Below, piece by piece: positions 28,558 through 38,644 of a stretch of 64,000 nt of DNA. A program made the translations under genes and the position numbers. The stretch covers positions 1,184,001 through 1,248,000 of the forward strand of contig CAWDTA010000002.1 of NCBI GenBank assembly GCA_963805085.1, given 5' to 3'. This DNA is from an uncultured Veillonellaceae bacterium (lineage in GTDB: Bacteria; Bacillota; Negativicutes; JARBTT01). A model generated the notes under the pieces. The model made no database searches. It was not told where the DNA came from and saw only the letters and a list, made by a program, of their open reading frames with translations. Each line of letters begins with the position of its first letter. Positions within the stretch are counted from its first letter, which is position 1.

Positions 28558-29541
28558 ATGAATGGACTAAAGCGGATAAAAAAAATTGGTGTTTTGACAA
28601 GCGGTGGTGATTCGCCAGGGATGAATGCCACGATTCGAGCGGTTGTTAGAACGGCAGATAATTTTGGCATCAACGTAGTCGGGATACGCCGTGGTTATAA
28701 TGGTTTATTAAATGGCGATATCATTGAACTTAATTCAAGATCGGTTGCTGACATTATGCATCGTGGTGGTACATTTCTATATACGGCTAGATGTATGGAG
28801 TTCTTAGAAGAAAAAAATCGCTTGCAAGCGGTTAAAAATGCGCAGAAATATGGAATTGAAGGATTGGTTATTATTGGTGGTGATGGTTCTTTTCGCGGTG
28901 CAGAAAAATTGAATGAGCTAGGTATACCAACAGTTGGAATTCCTGGAACAATTGATAATGATATCGCTGCTACAGACTATTCCATCGGTTTTGATACAGC
29001 TTGCAATATTGGGTTGGAAGCTGTCGATCGATTGCGTGATACGACGCAGAGTCATGAAAAGTGCAGCTTAATTGAAGTTATGGGGCGGAATGCCGGATAT
29101 TTAGCTTTGCAAGTTGGTATTGCTGCTGGGGCAACAGCAGTTTTGATTCCTGAAAAAAATTATAATATAACCAGAGATGTTTGCTATAAGATATCTGAAG
29201 GACAAAAACGTGGGAAGACTCATCATATCATTATTGTATCTGAAGGTTGTAAGGATAATATCCAAACTATTGCAGATCAGATTGAACTAGAAACTAAAAT
29301 TAGCACGCGAGTTACGGTATTAGGTCATATTCAGCGAGGCGGTCCGCCAACGGTTCTGGATCGAGTGATGGCCACGCGCATGGGGTATCATGCAATAGAA
29401 CTTTTATCTAAAGGTATTGGTGGACGGTTAGTTGGTTTGCAAAAAAATGAAATTATTGATATTGGCATCAACGAAGGTCTTGAAAAACAAAAATTTATTG
29501 ATGAAAATTTGTATGAGATATGTAATATTGTAGCTCGTTGA
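28558..29541 (+). CDS. pfkA: ATP-dependent 6-phosphofructokinase
   Basis: TSGGDSPGMN, GGDGS, PGTIDND, MGR, LGHIQRGG; alternative GTG start at 28549. Confidence 0.94.
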   Translation: MNGLKRIKKIGVLTSGGDSPGMNATIRAVVRTADNFGINVVGIRRGYNGLLNGDIIELNSRSVADIMHRGGTFLYTARCMEFLEEKNRLQAVKNAQKYGIEGLVIIGGDGSFRGAEKLNELGIPTVGIPGTIDNDIAATDYSIGFDTACNIGLEAVDRLRDTTQSHEKCSLIEVMGRNAGYLALQVGIAAGATAVLIPEKNYNITRDVCYKISEGQKRGKTHHIIIVSEGCKDNIQTIADQIELETKISTRVTVLGHIQRGGPPTVLDRVMATRMGYHAIELLSKGIGGRLVGLQKNEIIDIGINEGLEKQKFIDENLYEICNIVAR

Positions 29542-29596
29542 GAAAAGTTGTTAATCTTTATGGAAGTTTATTATTTATATAGATATTTTAATTCGA

Positions 29597-29626
29597 AATC
29601 CTACAGTTTGTAGGATTCTTTTTTTT
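29597..29626 (+). terminator. Terminator of the polyol operon
   Basis: AATCCTACA/TGTAGGATT stem plus T8. Confidence 0.75.
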
Positions 29627-29824
29627 GAAAAAAGAATATTTTAATGCACAGATACCCTTAAGGATAGTAAAAGTATCGTTGGTATGGTGGCTTATACAAA
29701 ATAAAAGCCAGCGCTTTTAAACGCTGGCTGGTAAAAAAATTACTGATTCAGTGAAAATCACATGGTCACGGTTGATTGTGATTAAATACATGAAATATGA
29801 ATATTGATTCGTGATATCTTTACA

Positions 29825-30526
29825 TTATATCGTCCAAGCAATACTACTTAGCTCTGGTGTTGCCAGATCAATTTTAGAGAGTGTTGTGAATATATTTTGA
29901 TGCTTTGAAGAAAAAGGAACTGCTAAGTTGCGTTTGTCTACATCACTTAATTTGATATAGGATAATGCTTTTTTGATAAATGTTATGGAATCACTGATAT
30001 TGCCTTGGGCTCCGGCTACTTGTGATTTGAAGCGGTAGGCATTGTAGAGATAACTATTATTTTTTGCAAACTTAGAATGATGCTCAGCAATTTTTTGATT
30101 TGCTTCCGCAAGTGCTATATTGGTTTGGTGGAGAAAGTTCAAAATGATCCATCTTTCTGCCCATAATTCGCCACGGTTAATAATATGGTAGCTGAAATCG
30201 ATGCTTTCAGCTAGAGCAATTGAGCTGTCGATATAGGTCAAAGCGTCGAGTAGATTACCTTTCTTTTTACGCAAAATTGAACTCAAGTATCGTAGAGACC
30301 AAGCTTTGTGTTCAATATCTTCGGGTGTATTGACTTGTACATCAATGACAGATTCAAATAGTTCAATTGCTGCATCAAATTTACTGTAGGCAGGGTGATA
30401 GAGAAATTTTGCTAAGGAAGCTCTTGTGTGCCAGTCCTCAAAGCCACCGATAAATAAAACACGGGGTGGCTTGATGCCAGTGGTTGCAACGAAATCAACT
30501 AATTGTTCAAATTCGTTTTTTGTCAT
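29825..30526 (-). CDS. Hypothetical alpha-helical (TPR-like) protein
   Basis: 233-aa ORF with GGAGG RBS; helical Ala/Tyr-rich repeats. Confidence 0.7.
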   Translation of the reverse strand: MTKNEFEQLVDFVATTGIKPPRVLFIGGFEDWHTRASLAKFLYHPAYSKFDAAIELFESVIDVQVNTPEDIEHKAWSLRYLSSILRKKKGNLLDALTYIDSSIALAESIDFSYHIINRGELWAERWIILNFLHQTNIALAEANQKIAEHHSKFAKNNSYLYNAYRFKSQVAGAQGNISDSITFIKKALSYIKLSDVDKRNLAVPFSSKHQNIFTTLSKIDLATPELSSIAWTI

Positions 30527-30830
30527 AATAAATGCCTCCCACCTTATCATATTTATCAATTGCAGTATCATGCTAAATAAAAAAATCATTTGATTTATAT
30601 CTATATTATACAGTGTTCAATAAACAATATAAACGATTTTAATATAATAAATCGAAAGGAGTAAATGCAGTAAAAGGTATCGGTGTATTTACAGTTTAGT
30701 ATATACAAGTTAGCTTGTTTGTCTATTGTTTTATTTTATTGTTATTTGCAAAATAAATTCATGAATTTTATTTTTTCTTTATATGCGGGCAAAATAGAAA
30801 AAGGCTATAAAAATATAGCCTTTTTATGGT

Positions 30831-32033
30831 TTAGTTAGAACTTTCAAAATATTGACTATAACTTTCAACAGAGTTGGCTAAAGCAAAGTCGTCCTTACCA
30901 CTTTTTTTTATTTTATATAAAGCCTTGTCGGCTTTCTTTAGTAGCTCCTTATAATTTCTGCCATCCTGTGGGCATAATGAAATTCCAATGCTGCCGGAAA
31001 TAGCATACTTGATATCTTGGTCAAAGTAATCAGTACGCAGTACATGTGTAATTGCGTTTGCTTTGTTAATGATATCTTTCATAGAACGAATATTATACAT
31101 AAAGACAACAAATTCATCGCCGCCAATTCGACCAACGATGTCATGTTTGCCAAATAGTGCTTTCAGTTGGTTGGTTACGGAAATTAACACTTCGTCACCA
31201 ACTAAGTGTCCTAACGTATCATTAATGGATTTAAAATTATCAATGTCAATAATCATTAATGCATGCATTCGATGCGGTTTTTGTTTTTTTATTAATTCAT
31301 TGATTAATGATTGGGTAGTCATTTTATTATATAGGCCAGTTAAAGAATCACGATAAGCTTTAGCTTGTAAGCTCTCTATTTCTTTTTTTTGCGCATCAAT
31401 ATTAATGATTTTGCCGACTAATTTAATTGGTTCATGCTGATCATTATAAATCGTTTCTCCATTAATATGCCACCAATTATATTGATCAGGATGCTTAATA
31501 TCTAAAATTTTTATTTCTGTGGAAATTTTGGGTGCACCAGTCAGCAATTTGATATAAAGTTCATGCAACGTTCTTTTATCACTTTTTGGTAATAATGTTG
31601 ATGATGGAATTATCTTAGAAAAGTTATAGATAATAGGGGATTTTCCAATAAGCTCTTGAAATTTGATTGAGTTTGTTAAAATATCTGATTTGACATCATA
31701 CTCAAAAAGGATGTCATTCGTTAATTGATTGGTAATGCGATAACGTTCTTTTTCTAAAAATAAAAGTTTTTTTGCTGTTTCATGTGAAGCAAGTGCATTC
31801 TTTAGTTTAGCTATTTCTCTTTGTGCGTGTTCTACTTGTGCTGACTTTCTTTCGAGAACATAAAAAAAATAAGCCAGTAATGCTATTTCAAAAGAAAATA
31901 AAAGATAAAATAAAGAAGTAGCATAGTCTACTATGTTCTGCTGATTTAAAAATAATAGTGCAAATAAAATGAATAGGACAATCTTCCCAATACTTCTTTG
32001 GCTACATATTATTCTATTTATGATAATCATCAC
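30831..32033 (-). CDS. Membrane-anchored PAS-GGDEF diguanylate cyclase
   Basis: 2 TM segments, PAS-like region, DSLTGLYN, DIDNFK.INDTLGH.VGD, GGDEF. Confidence 0.92.
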   Translation of the reverse strand: MMIIINRIICSQRSIGKIVLFILFALLFLNQQNIVDYATSLFYLLFSFEIALLAYFFYVLERKSAQVEHAQREIAKLKNALASHETAKKLLFLEKERYRITNQLTNDILFEYDVKSDILTNSIKFQELIGKSPIIYNFSKIIPSSTLLPKSDKRTLHELYIKLLTGAPKISTEIKILDIKHPDQYNWWHINGETIYNDQHEPIKLVGKIINIDAQKKEIESLQAKAYRDSLTGLYNKMTTQSLINELIKKQKPHRMHALMIIDIDNFKSINDTLGHLVGDEVLISVTNQLKALFGKHDIVGRIGGDEFVVFMYNIRSMKDIINKANAITHVLRTDYFDQDIKYAISGSIGISLCPQDGRNYKELLKKADKALYKIKKSGKDDFALANSVESYSQYFESSN

Positions 32034-32063
32034 GACCTTTTTCGAGCAAATCTCCTTATATAT

Positions 32064-32089
32064 AACAAGAACTCTGCCTTATGGCAGAG
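32064..32089 (-). terminator. Riboswitch expression-platform terminator
   Basis: Minus strand CTCTGCC-ataa-GGCAGAG-TTCTTGTT between aptamer and CDS. Confidence 0.7.
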
Positions 32090-32107
32090 CTAGAATGCGT
32101 AAGGTAT

Positions 32108-32203
32108 CTATTTGCAACTCAGCCATCATCATTTATAAAAATAATATAAATTTTAGATCTGTAGCTTTGCGTCCCAGTCTTTCGATTGGTTTGCCAAATT
32201 TCA
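32108..32203 (-). ncRNA. Cyclic di-GMP-I (GEMM-I) riboswitch
   Basis: Minus strand GGCAAACCAATCGAAAGACTGGGACGCAAAGCTACAGATCTAA...ATGATGGCTGAGTTGC. Confidence 0.9.
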
Positions 32204-32402
32204 TTTACAGGACAATTATACTAAGCAAATACATAAAAATCAAATATATTTTGTTAAAATTTAGAAAATAGGAAAAATAATTATAGTGAGGTAGCTACAT
32301 AAAATCGATTGGATTGATAAACCATAGTGTCAATACGTCTTGATTATTCATAGTATACAGTAGCTAAAAGCTATGATTGTATAGAAAGGGGAGGCGTTTT
32401 AA

Positions 32403-32501
32403 ATGGGCTTTGGCAATGGCAACGGCGGTTGGATTTGGTTTTTGATCATCATCATTATCCTATTAGCTTGCTGTAACAATGGTTTTGGAAGTGATTGTTG
32501 A
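32403..32501 (+). CDS. Unannotated 32-aa Gly/Cys-rich membrane peptide (probably sporulation-associated)
   Basis: GGGGAGG RBS; MGFGNGNGGWIWFLIIIIILLACCNNGFGSDC*. Confidence 0.75.
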   Translation: MGFGNGNGGWIWFLIIIIILLACCNNGFGSDC

Positions 32502-32758
32502 TTAACAAATAAGGTAACATAAATATAGTTGCTCTGATGACTATATTTATGTTTTTTCATAAGATTGGACAAGTAATCTTCGGAATGATTCCAGTAGTAG
32601 TATAGATAAAATACGGCACAGTTTTTATAAAATAGTGTGCTTGTTTCATAAAAACTCAAAGTGATAGATGAGAACTTGCGGTATTTTTGTTACAATGAAT
32701 ATGTTTCGTTATAATTTTATTGCTATGATCTTATAAATGTATGATGGAGGAATTTATT

Positions 32759-33589
32759 ATGTTACATATAGGTTGCCATTTATCCACTAGCAAGGGATAT
32801 CAACATATGGGCAAAGAAGCTTTGCAAATTGGCGCAAACACCTTCCAGTTTTTTACGCGTAATCCACGCGGTGGTAAAGCAAAAGCTATTGATGAGGAAG
32901 ATCTTGCTGGACTACGAGCAATGATCAAAGAAAATGAATTTGCGAAGCTTTTAGCACATGCTCCATATACCTTAAATGCTTGTTCTGCCGATGGAAGAAT
33001 AAGAAAGTTTGCCATTGAGATGTTCACTGATGATCTAGCGCGGATGGAGTATTTGCCACATAATTTATATAATTTTCATCCCGGTAGTCATGTGAATCAA
33101 GGTGTAGAGGTAGGTGTGACGTTTATTGCGGGAATGTTAAATCAGATTTTAAAGCCGGAGCAAACAACTACCGTATTGCTTGAAACAATGGCGGGAAAAG
33201 GAAGTGAAATAGGACAAAATTTTGAAGAGTTACAACAAATTTTAAGTAGAGTTAACTTAATTGATAAAATGGGAATCTGTCTAGATACCTGCCATATTTA
33301 TGATGCTGGTTATGATATCGTAAATGACTTAGATGGCGTATTAGCGGAGTTTGATAGCGTGATCGGATTAGAAAAACTTTGCGCAATTCATTTAAATGAC
33401 AGTATGAACCCCTTTAGAAGTCATAAAGATCGGCATGCAAAAATTGATAATGGTTTTATTGGTTTAGAGGCCATTACTAGAATCATCAATCATCCACAGC
33501 TTCGAAATTTACCCTTCTTTTTAGAAACGCCGAATGAGCTAGATGGGTACGCCGAAGAAATAAAACTGTTGCGCAGCGTATATAAGTGA
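32759..33589 (+). CDS. nfo: Endonuclease IV (AP endonuclease)
   Basis: [36 protein letters not shown]. Confidence 0.94.
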   Translation: MLHIGCHLSTSKGYQHMGKEALQIGANTFQFFTRNPRGGKAKAIDEEDLAGLRAMIKENEFAKLLAHAPYTLNACSADGRIRKFAIEMFTDDLARMEYLPHNLYNFHPGSHVNQGVEVGVTFIAGMLNQILKPEQTTTVLLETMAGKGSEIGQNFEELQQILSRVNLIDKMGICLDTCHIYDAGYDIVNDLDGVLAEFDSVIGLEKLCAIHLNDSMNPFRSHKDRHAKIDNGFIGLEAITRIINHPQLRNLPFFLETPNELDGYAEEIKLLRSVYK

Positions 33590-33711
33590 TAAGGTAATTG
33601 CAAGAGATGAATGATAACAAATAATTATTACTTTTTCGATGGAAAAGGGTATCTTAAAATCGAAGTGTGTTATAATAGAAATAGTAAATAAAAGTTGAAG
33701 TAGGTGTTCAT

Positions 33712-34368
33712 ATGATGAATCAAGATCGCGTGCCTGCACTAAATTTAGAAGAAATATTGAATGCTGTTACACATGGAATTGGAACGATATTAGCCATTAT
33801 TGCTCTTTGTGTTATGGTAGGTCTTTATAATGACGTGAGTGAATGGCATTTGTTGAGTGGGGCTATTTATGGTGGCTCTTTAGTTCTGCTTTATTTGGCA
33901 TCAACGCTGTATCATAGCTTTACCAATGAAAAATTAAAAAGTTTATTTAAATTCTTTGATCATGCGGCAATTTATATTTTAATTGCTGGCAATTACACGC
34001 CGTTTGCGTTAATCCCGCTGCACGGAAATTTTGGTTGGACGATTTTTGGTGTGATTTGGTCACTTGCAGCGATTGGGATTTTATTTAAAGTGTTTTTTGT
34101 GAAAAGATTTAAAATTCTTTCTACCATTTGTTATTTGCTGATGGGCTGGTTTGCCGTGTTTATTATGAAACCGTTGATTGCAGCATTATCGATTGAAGCG
34201 ATTTATTGGCTGATCGCTGGAGGTCTGTTTTATACAGTAGGAGCAATTTTTTACTTGATCAAACGAATTCCTTATAATCATGCGATTTGGCATTTGTTTG
34301 TACTAGCTGGTAGTGCGGCGCATTTTATTGCCGTCGTCAATTATGTATTGCCGTTACATGTGATGTAA
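33712..34368 (+). CDS. Hemolysin III / PAQR family membrane protein (TrhA-like)
   Basis: EEILNAVTHG, STLYH, DHAAIY..IAG.YTP, HAIWHLFV. Confidence 0.92.
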   Translation: MMNQDRVPALNLEEILNAVTHGIGTILAIIALCVMVGLYNDVSEWHLLSGAIYGGSLVLLYLASTLYHSFTNEKLKSLFKFFDHAAIYILIAGNYTPFALIPLHGNFGWTIFGVIWSLAAIGILFKVFFVKRFKILSTICYLLMGWFAVFIMKPLIAALSIEAIYWLIAGGLFYTVGAIFYLIKRIPYNHAIWHLFVLAGSAAHFIAVVNYVLPLHVM

Positions 34369-34493
34369 ATCAAGGTTTCTTTGCTAAAAAACGAATTGAT
34401 AGGGACATACTGTGAAGTAAGAAAAAAATTCGTGGATTCCTGACTATTGACTATGTTATAGCAAAATGATAATATGATTTTAATTGAATAAGA

Positions 34494-34596
34494 CTCTTAT
34501 CTAGAGAGGTCGAGGGACTGGCCCGATGACACCCAGCAACCGGCGCAAGGCGCGAGGTGCTAATTCCAGCAGGATGTATTTCCTGAAAGATGAGAG
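34494..34596 (+). ncRNA. SAM-I (S-box) riboswitch
   Basis: CTCTTATCTAGAG..GAGGGACTGGCCC.ATGA..CAGCAACC..GGTGCTAATTCC..GAAAGATGAGAG. Confidence 0.95.
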
Positions 34597-34606
34597 GGTG
34601 CGGATA

Positions 34607-34645
34607 AATGAGCCCCTTTCGTTGGAAAGGGGCTCATTCTTTTTT
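34607..34645 (+). terminator. S-box attenuator terminator
   Basis: 14-bp stem AATGAGCCCCTTTC/GAAAGGGGCTCATT plus T-run. Confidence 0.88.
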
Positions 34646-34695
34646 GATGGCAGGGTCTTATTGAAATGAAATGCTTACTATAGGAGGAATTTGTT

Positions 34696-35640
34696 ATGCC
34701 GATTAAAATCCCAAATAACTTACCAGCAACACATATTTTAGAAAGTGAAAATATCTTTGTTATGGATGCTGACAGAGCGTATAAACAAGATATTCGTCCA
34801 CTAAAAATCCTCATTTTAAACTTAATGCCGACGAAAGTAATAACAGAAACACAATTGCTTCGGTTACTTGGTAATACTTCACTTCAAGTAGAGGTGGATT
34901 TTATTTATACAGCAAGTTATGTACCGCAAAATACCACGCAGGAGCATTTGACGGAATTTTACGGTACGTTTGAAGATATACGTAATAAAAATTATGATGG
35001 TTTTATCATCACAGGAGCACCAGTAGAACAATTAGAGTTTGAAGACGTTACCTATTGGGATGAAATTTGTGAAATTATGGAGTGGAGTAAAACACATGCT
35101 TATTCGACATTCCATATCTGTTGGGGTTCACAAGCAGGTCTTTATTATCATTATGGCATTAAGAAGTATCCAGTTGCGCCGAAGGTATTTGGTGTGTATA
35201 AACATACAATGAATCTTGAACATGAAAAATTATTTCGTGGTTTTGATGATGAATTTTATGTGCCGCATTCTCGGCATACGGAAGTCAAAAAAGAAGATAT
35301 AGAAAAAGTTCCAGAGTTATCGATTTTAGCAGAAGCAGATGGGGCAGGAATTTATGCGGTGGCGAACTTGACAGAACGGCAATTTTTTATTACCGGTCAT
35401 GCTGAGTATGATCCATTAACCTTAAAGGCTGAATATGATCGTGATATCAAGGCAGGTATGGAGATTGCTGTGCCACAAAATTATTATCCTAACGATGATC
35501 CTACTAGAGCACCAATCGTAAAATGGCGTAGTGTAGCAAATTTGTTATTTGCCAACTGGCTGAACTATTATGTATACCAGGAAACACCATATGATTTGAA
35601 TGAGTTAAACAATTTAAATGATTATATCTACAATATATAA
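34696..35640 (+). CDS. metA: Homoserine O-acyltransferase MetA family (probably O-acetyltransferase)
   Basis: MPIKIP, LNLMP, ITGAPVE, ICWG, PHSRH, TGHAEYD. Confidence 0.95.
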   Translation: MPIKIPNNLPATHILESENIFVMDADRAYKQDIRPLKILILNLMPTKVITETQLLRLLGNTSLQVEVDFIYTASYVPQNTTQEHLTEFYGTFEDIRNKNYDGFIITGAPVEQLEFEDVTYWDEICEIMEWSKTHAYSTFHICWGSQAGLYYHYGIKKYPVAPKVFGVYKHTMNLEHEKLFRGFDDEFYVPHSRHTEVKKEDIEKVPELSILAEADGAGIYAVANLTERQFFITGHAEYDPLTLKAEYDRDIKAGMEIAVPQNYYPNDDPTRAPIVKWRSVANLLFANWLNYYVYQETPYDLNELNNLNDYIYNI

Positions 35641-35673
35641 AATAGGTTATAATGTAACAAAGGAGGGATAAAT

Positions 35674-36717
35674 TTGGGTTATACTAGTTTGATTGAAAAA
35701 GCAGAAAAAACACATCAATTGGCTAAAAGTGAAATTGTAGCATTATTAAATAATGAAACATGCCAAGAAAAATTGATTGCTGCCGCTGATCGTGTTCGTG
35801 CAGCATTTGTTGGTAATGATATACATTTGCGTGGCTTAGTTGAGTTTTCGAATATTTGTAAACAAAATTGTATGTATTGCGGTCTTAGACGAGATAACAA
35901 AAAAGTAGAACGGTATCGTCTATCGACAGAAGAAATATTAGATTTTGCCCAAAAAGCAAAAGAGTATGGTTATAAAACGGTTGTTATGCAATCGGGCGAA
36001 GATATGGATTTTTCTGTAGAAAAGTTAACCGATATTTTGCGTCAAGTAAAAGCGTTAGGTTTAGCCATTACACTTAGTATTGGGGAAAAGACGCGCGAAG
36101 AGTATGCAGCGTATAAAGAAGCTGGGGCTGACCGTTATTTACTTCGGATAGAAACGACCGATAAGGCATTATACGAGGAGTTAAATCCCGGTATGAGCTT
36201 TGAAAATCGGGTGCGGTGTTTAAAGGATTTAAAAGAACTTGGTTTTGAAGTCGGGACGGGCTGTTTGGTTGGGTTACCGAAGCAGACAGTAGAGTCACTT
36301 GCTGATGACATTTTATTTTTTAAATCTATTGATGCCGATATGATTGGGATAGGACCTTTTATTCCGAATGGGGATACTCCATTAAAAGATGCTGAAGGTG
36401 GAACGTTTCCGATGAGCTTGCGGTTTATTGCTGTCTTGCGTTTATTGATGCCTGATATCAATATTCCAGCAACTACGGCTATGGAAACGCTTGATAAAAA
36501 TGCTCGTATAATTGCGTTGCAAGCAGGCGCCAATGTTGTAATGCCAAACGTAACCGAAGGGGATTATCGGCGTAAATATGCGTTGTATCCGGGAAAAATT
36601 TGCATCAACGATACTCCGGCGAAATGTTGGGGCTGTATTGGCGGTAAAATTGCTGGTATCGGTAGAAAAATTTCACAAGGACAAGGCTTTAGAAAAATAA
36701 AAGATAAAAATAACTAA
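35674..36717 (+). CDS. hydE: [FeFe]-hydrogenase maturation radical SAM protein HydE
   Basis: LRGLVEFSNICKQNCMYCG, RYLLRIET, GIGPFIP..DTP, AGANVVMPN, YALYPGK. Confidence 0.85.
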   Translation: MGYTSLIEKAEKTHQLAKSEIVALLNNETCQEKLIAAADRVRAAFVGNDIHLRGLVEFSNICKQNCMYCGLRRDNKKVERYRLSTEEILDFAQKAKEYGYKTVVMQSGEDMDFSVEKLTDILRQVKALGLAITLSIGEKTREEYAAYKEAGADRYLLRIETTDKALYEELNPGMSFENRVRCLKDLKELGFEVGTGCLVGLPKQTVESLADDILFFKSIDADMIGIGPFIPNGDTPLKDAEGGTFPMSLRFIAVLRLLMPDINIPATTAMETLDKNARIIALQAGANVVMPNVTEGDYRRKYALYPGKICINDTPAKCWGCIGGKIAGIGRKISQGQGFRKIKDKNN

Positions 36718-36837
36718 ATGATAATTATTATTATTAAATTTGTCTTTTCATGCGATTAAAAAAGTATTATAATGAATTCCAAGGTAACTTTTGTTAACTT
36801 GGAATTTTTTTTAGCAAAAAAAGAGGTGGGTGTAAGT

Positions 36838-38628
36838 ATGAAGGGAACAATTGTCGGAACTTGGTTAAGCACTATAAGAAAATTATGGGGCGAAGAGCTA
36901 GTTATAGAAGTAATGGAGCAAGTTGGGTGGAATAGTAATAAAATATTTTTACCAACTGAAGAAGTAGAAGATAGTAAACCTAGAAAACTGGTTGAATTGA
37001 TTGCACAAAGGGTTGGTAAACCAGTCAGTGTGGTTTGGCGAGACATCGGGAAAGATAATGTCTTAACATTTTTCAAGTTTTATCCTGCCTTTTTTCAAAA
37101 TAAAACGTTATATTCTTTTTTAGCGTCGATGTATGATGTGCATGTTGAAGTTGTGAAACGTCTGCCAGGGGCAAATCCACCAGAACTTATCATGACACCT
37201 GTTTCGGAAACAGAAGCTGTATTATCCTATCGTTCCAAACGAGCGATGTTTGATTATTTCCAAGGTGTATTGGTGGGGTCGGCAGAGCATTACAAAGAGA
37301 ACGTTGTAACTGAGGTTATCGAGCAAACGAATGATACGATTAAAATAAAAATTAAATTTGCAAAACCGATTACCCGCAAGAAAAGTTATCTTCTTAATAA
37401 AATGCTTGGCTTTACGAGTAGTATTGCTGTAAAAGCAGGTATATTGACAACTGGAGTGAGTTTTGTTATTGCACTTATATTAAATTTATTAGGTGTTTCA
37501 TTGCCGTTATGGTCAGCACTGATTACCGGTATTGTTGCCATGGTTAGTGTTGGACAATTACTAAGACCTATGCAAGCAATTGAACGGGAAATAAATAGTA
37601 TTATTGAATACCGTTATTTTGATAGTTTAACGATCGAAACCAAAGATGAATTTGAAGCGATGAATCATCAACTCGAAGCCTATAAAAAGCGTATACGTGC
37701 TGAATTTACTGGCTTTAAAGGTAGTAGTGACGAATTAAATCGTTTTGGTGATACCTTTAATGTTTTGGCCGGTAAAATGAGTGAAACCTCCGATGAGATT
37801 GCCACAGTAATCAATGAGTTTGCGATTGCAACAACGGATCAAGCGGAAAATACTTCCTCCGCGGTGGAAATTCTGAATGGTAATTTAAAAACACTAAAAG
37901 TAGTGATTGAAGAACAAGTAGCCAATAATAAAAAACTTGAAGGCGCGGTAAGTGAAATCGACAATGGTTTTGGGAATGTACAAGCCTCAAGTGATAAATT
38001 AAATGCGAGCATGCAAAAGTTTGCCGAGGTAAAAGGCGCTGCGGCTACATTGCAAGCACAAACACAAAAGATTACAGAAATCACTGGAATGGTTGCAGCG
38101 ATTGCCGGACAAACCAATTTACTAGCACTTAATGCGGCGATTGAAGCAGCACGGGCAGGTGAACAAGGTCGTGGTTTTGCGGTTGTAGCCGAAGAGGTTC
38201 GTAAACTCGCCGAACAATCTCATGAATACTCTGAACTCATTAGTCATGACATTAAAGCAGTTACAAGCATCATTGAGACCGTGGTTGGTTCTGTCGATGA
38301 AGAATATGAAGTTCTTGCAACGGAGAGCTGCCAACTCAATGCTGTTGTCAGTGGCAACGTCGAGCATGTTACGAATATTCGCAGTGTTTCTAACAACATC
38401 ATCGATATGATTGGTAAACTAGAAGATGAAATGAAGGATATTAACGCTGTATATAGCAAAATTGAATCAATTGCGTCAGCTTCAGAAGAAAACTCAGCAG
38501 CGAGTGAAGAAATGAGTGCTTCGGTGTCCGATTATAATGTTAAATTGCAAGACATGGTAGAAAAAATTGGTGAGTTCAAGAAAATGGCGCAGAATTTTAG
38601 CGAAGATATCGGTCATTATAAAGTCTAA
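36838..38628 (+). CDS. H-NOX (heme NO/O2-binding) methyl-accepting chemotaxis protein
   Basis: MKGTIVGTW start, H102, P115, YRSKR; C-terminal [18 protein letters not shown]. Confidence 0.93.
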   Translation: MKGTIVGTWLSTIRKLWGEELVIEVMEQVGWNSNKIFLPTEEVEDSKPRKLVELIAQRVGKPVSVVWRDIGKDNVLTFFKFYPAFFQNKTLYSFLASMYDVHVEVVKRLPGANPPELIMTPVSETEAVLSYRSKRAMFDYFQGVLVGSAEHYKENVVTEVIEQTNDTIKIKIKFAKPITRKKSYLLNKMLGFTSSIAVKAGILTTGVSFVIALILNLLGVSLPLWSALITGIVAMVSVGQLLRPMQAIEREINSIIEYRYFDSLTIETKDEFEAMNHQLEAYKKRIRAEFTGFKGSSDELNRFGDTFNVLAGKMSETSDEIATVINEFAIATTDQAENTSSAVEILNGNLKTLKVVIEEQVANNKKLEGAVSEIDNGFGNVQASSDKLNASMQKFAEVKGAAATLQAQTQKITEITGMVAAIAGQTNLLALNAAIEAARAGEQGRGFAVVAEEVRKLAEQSHEYSELISHDIKAVTSIIETVVGSVDEEYEVLATESCQLNAVVSGNVEHVTNIRSVSNNIIDMIGKLEDEMKDINAVYSKIESIASASEENSAASEEMSASVSDYNVKLQDMVEKIGEFKKMAQNFSEDIGHYKV

Positions 38629-38644
38629 TCATTACATAAAAGTA

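Noticed and set aside
32399-32659. 86-aa minus-strand ORF
   Set aside because: Antisense shadow of the 32-aa + strand peptide, which has the strong RBS
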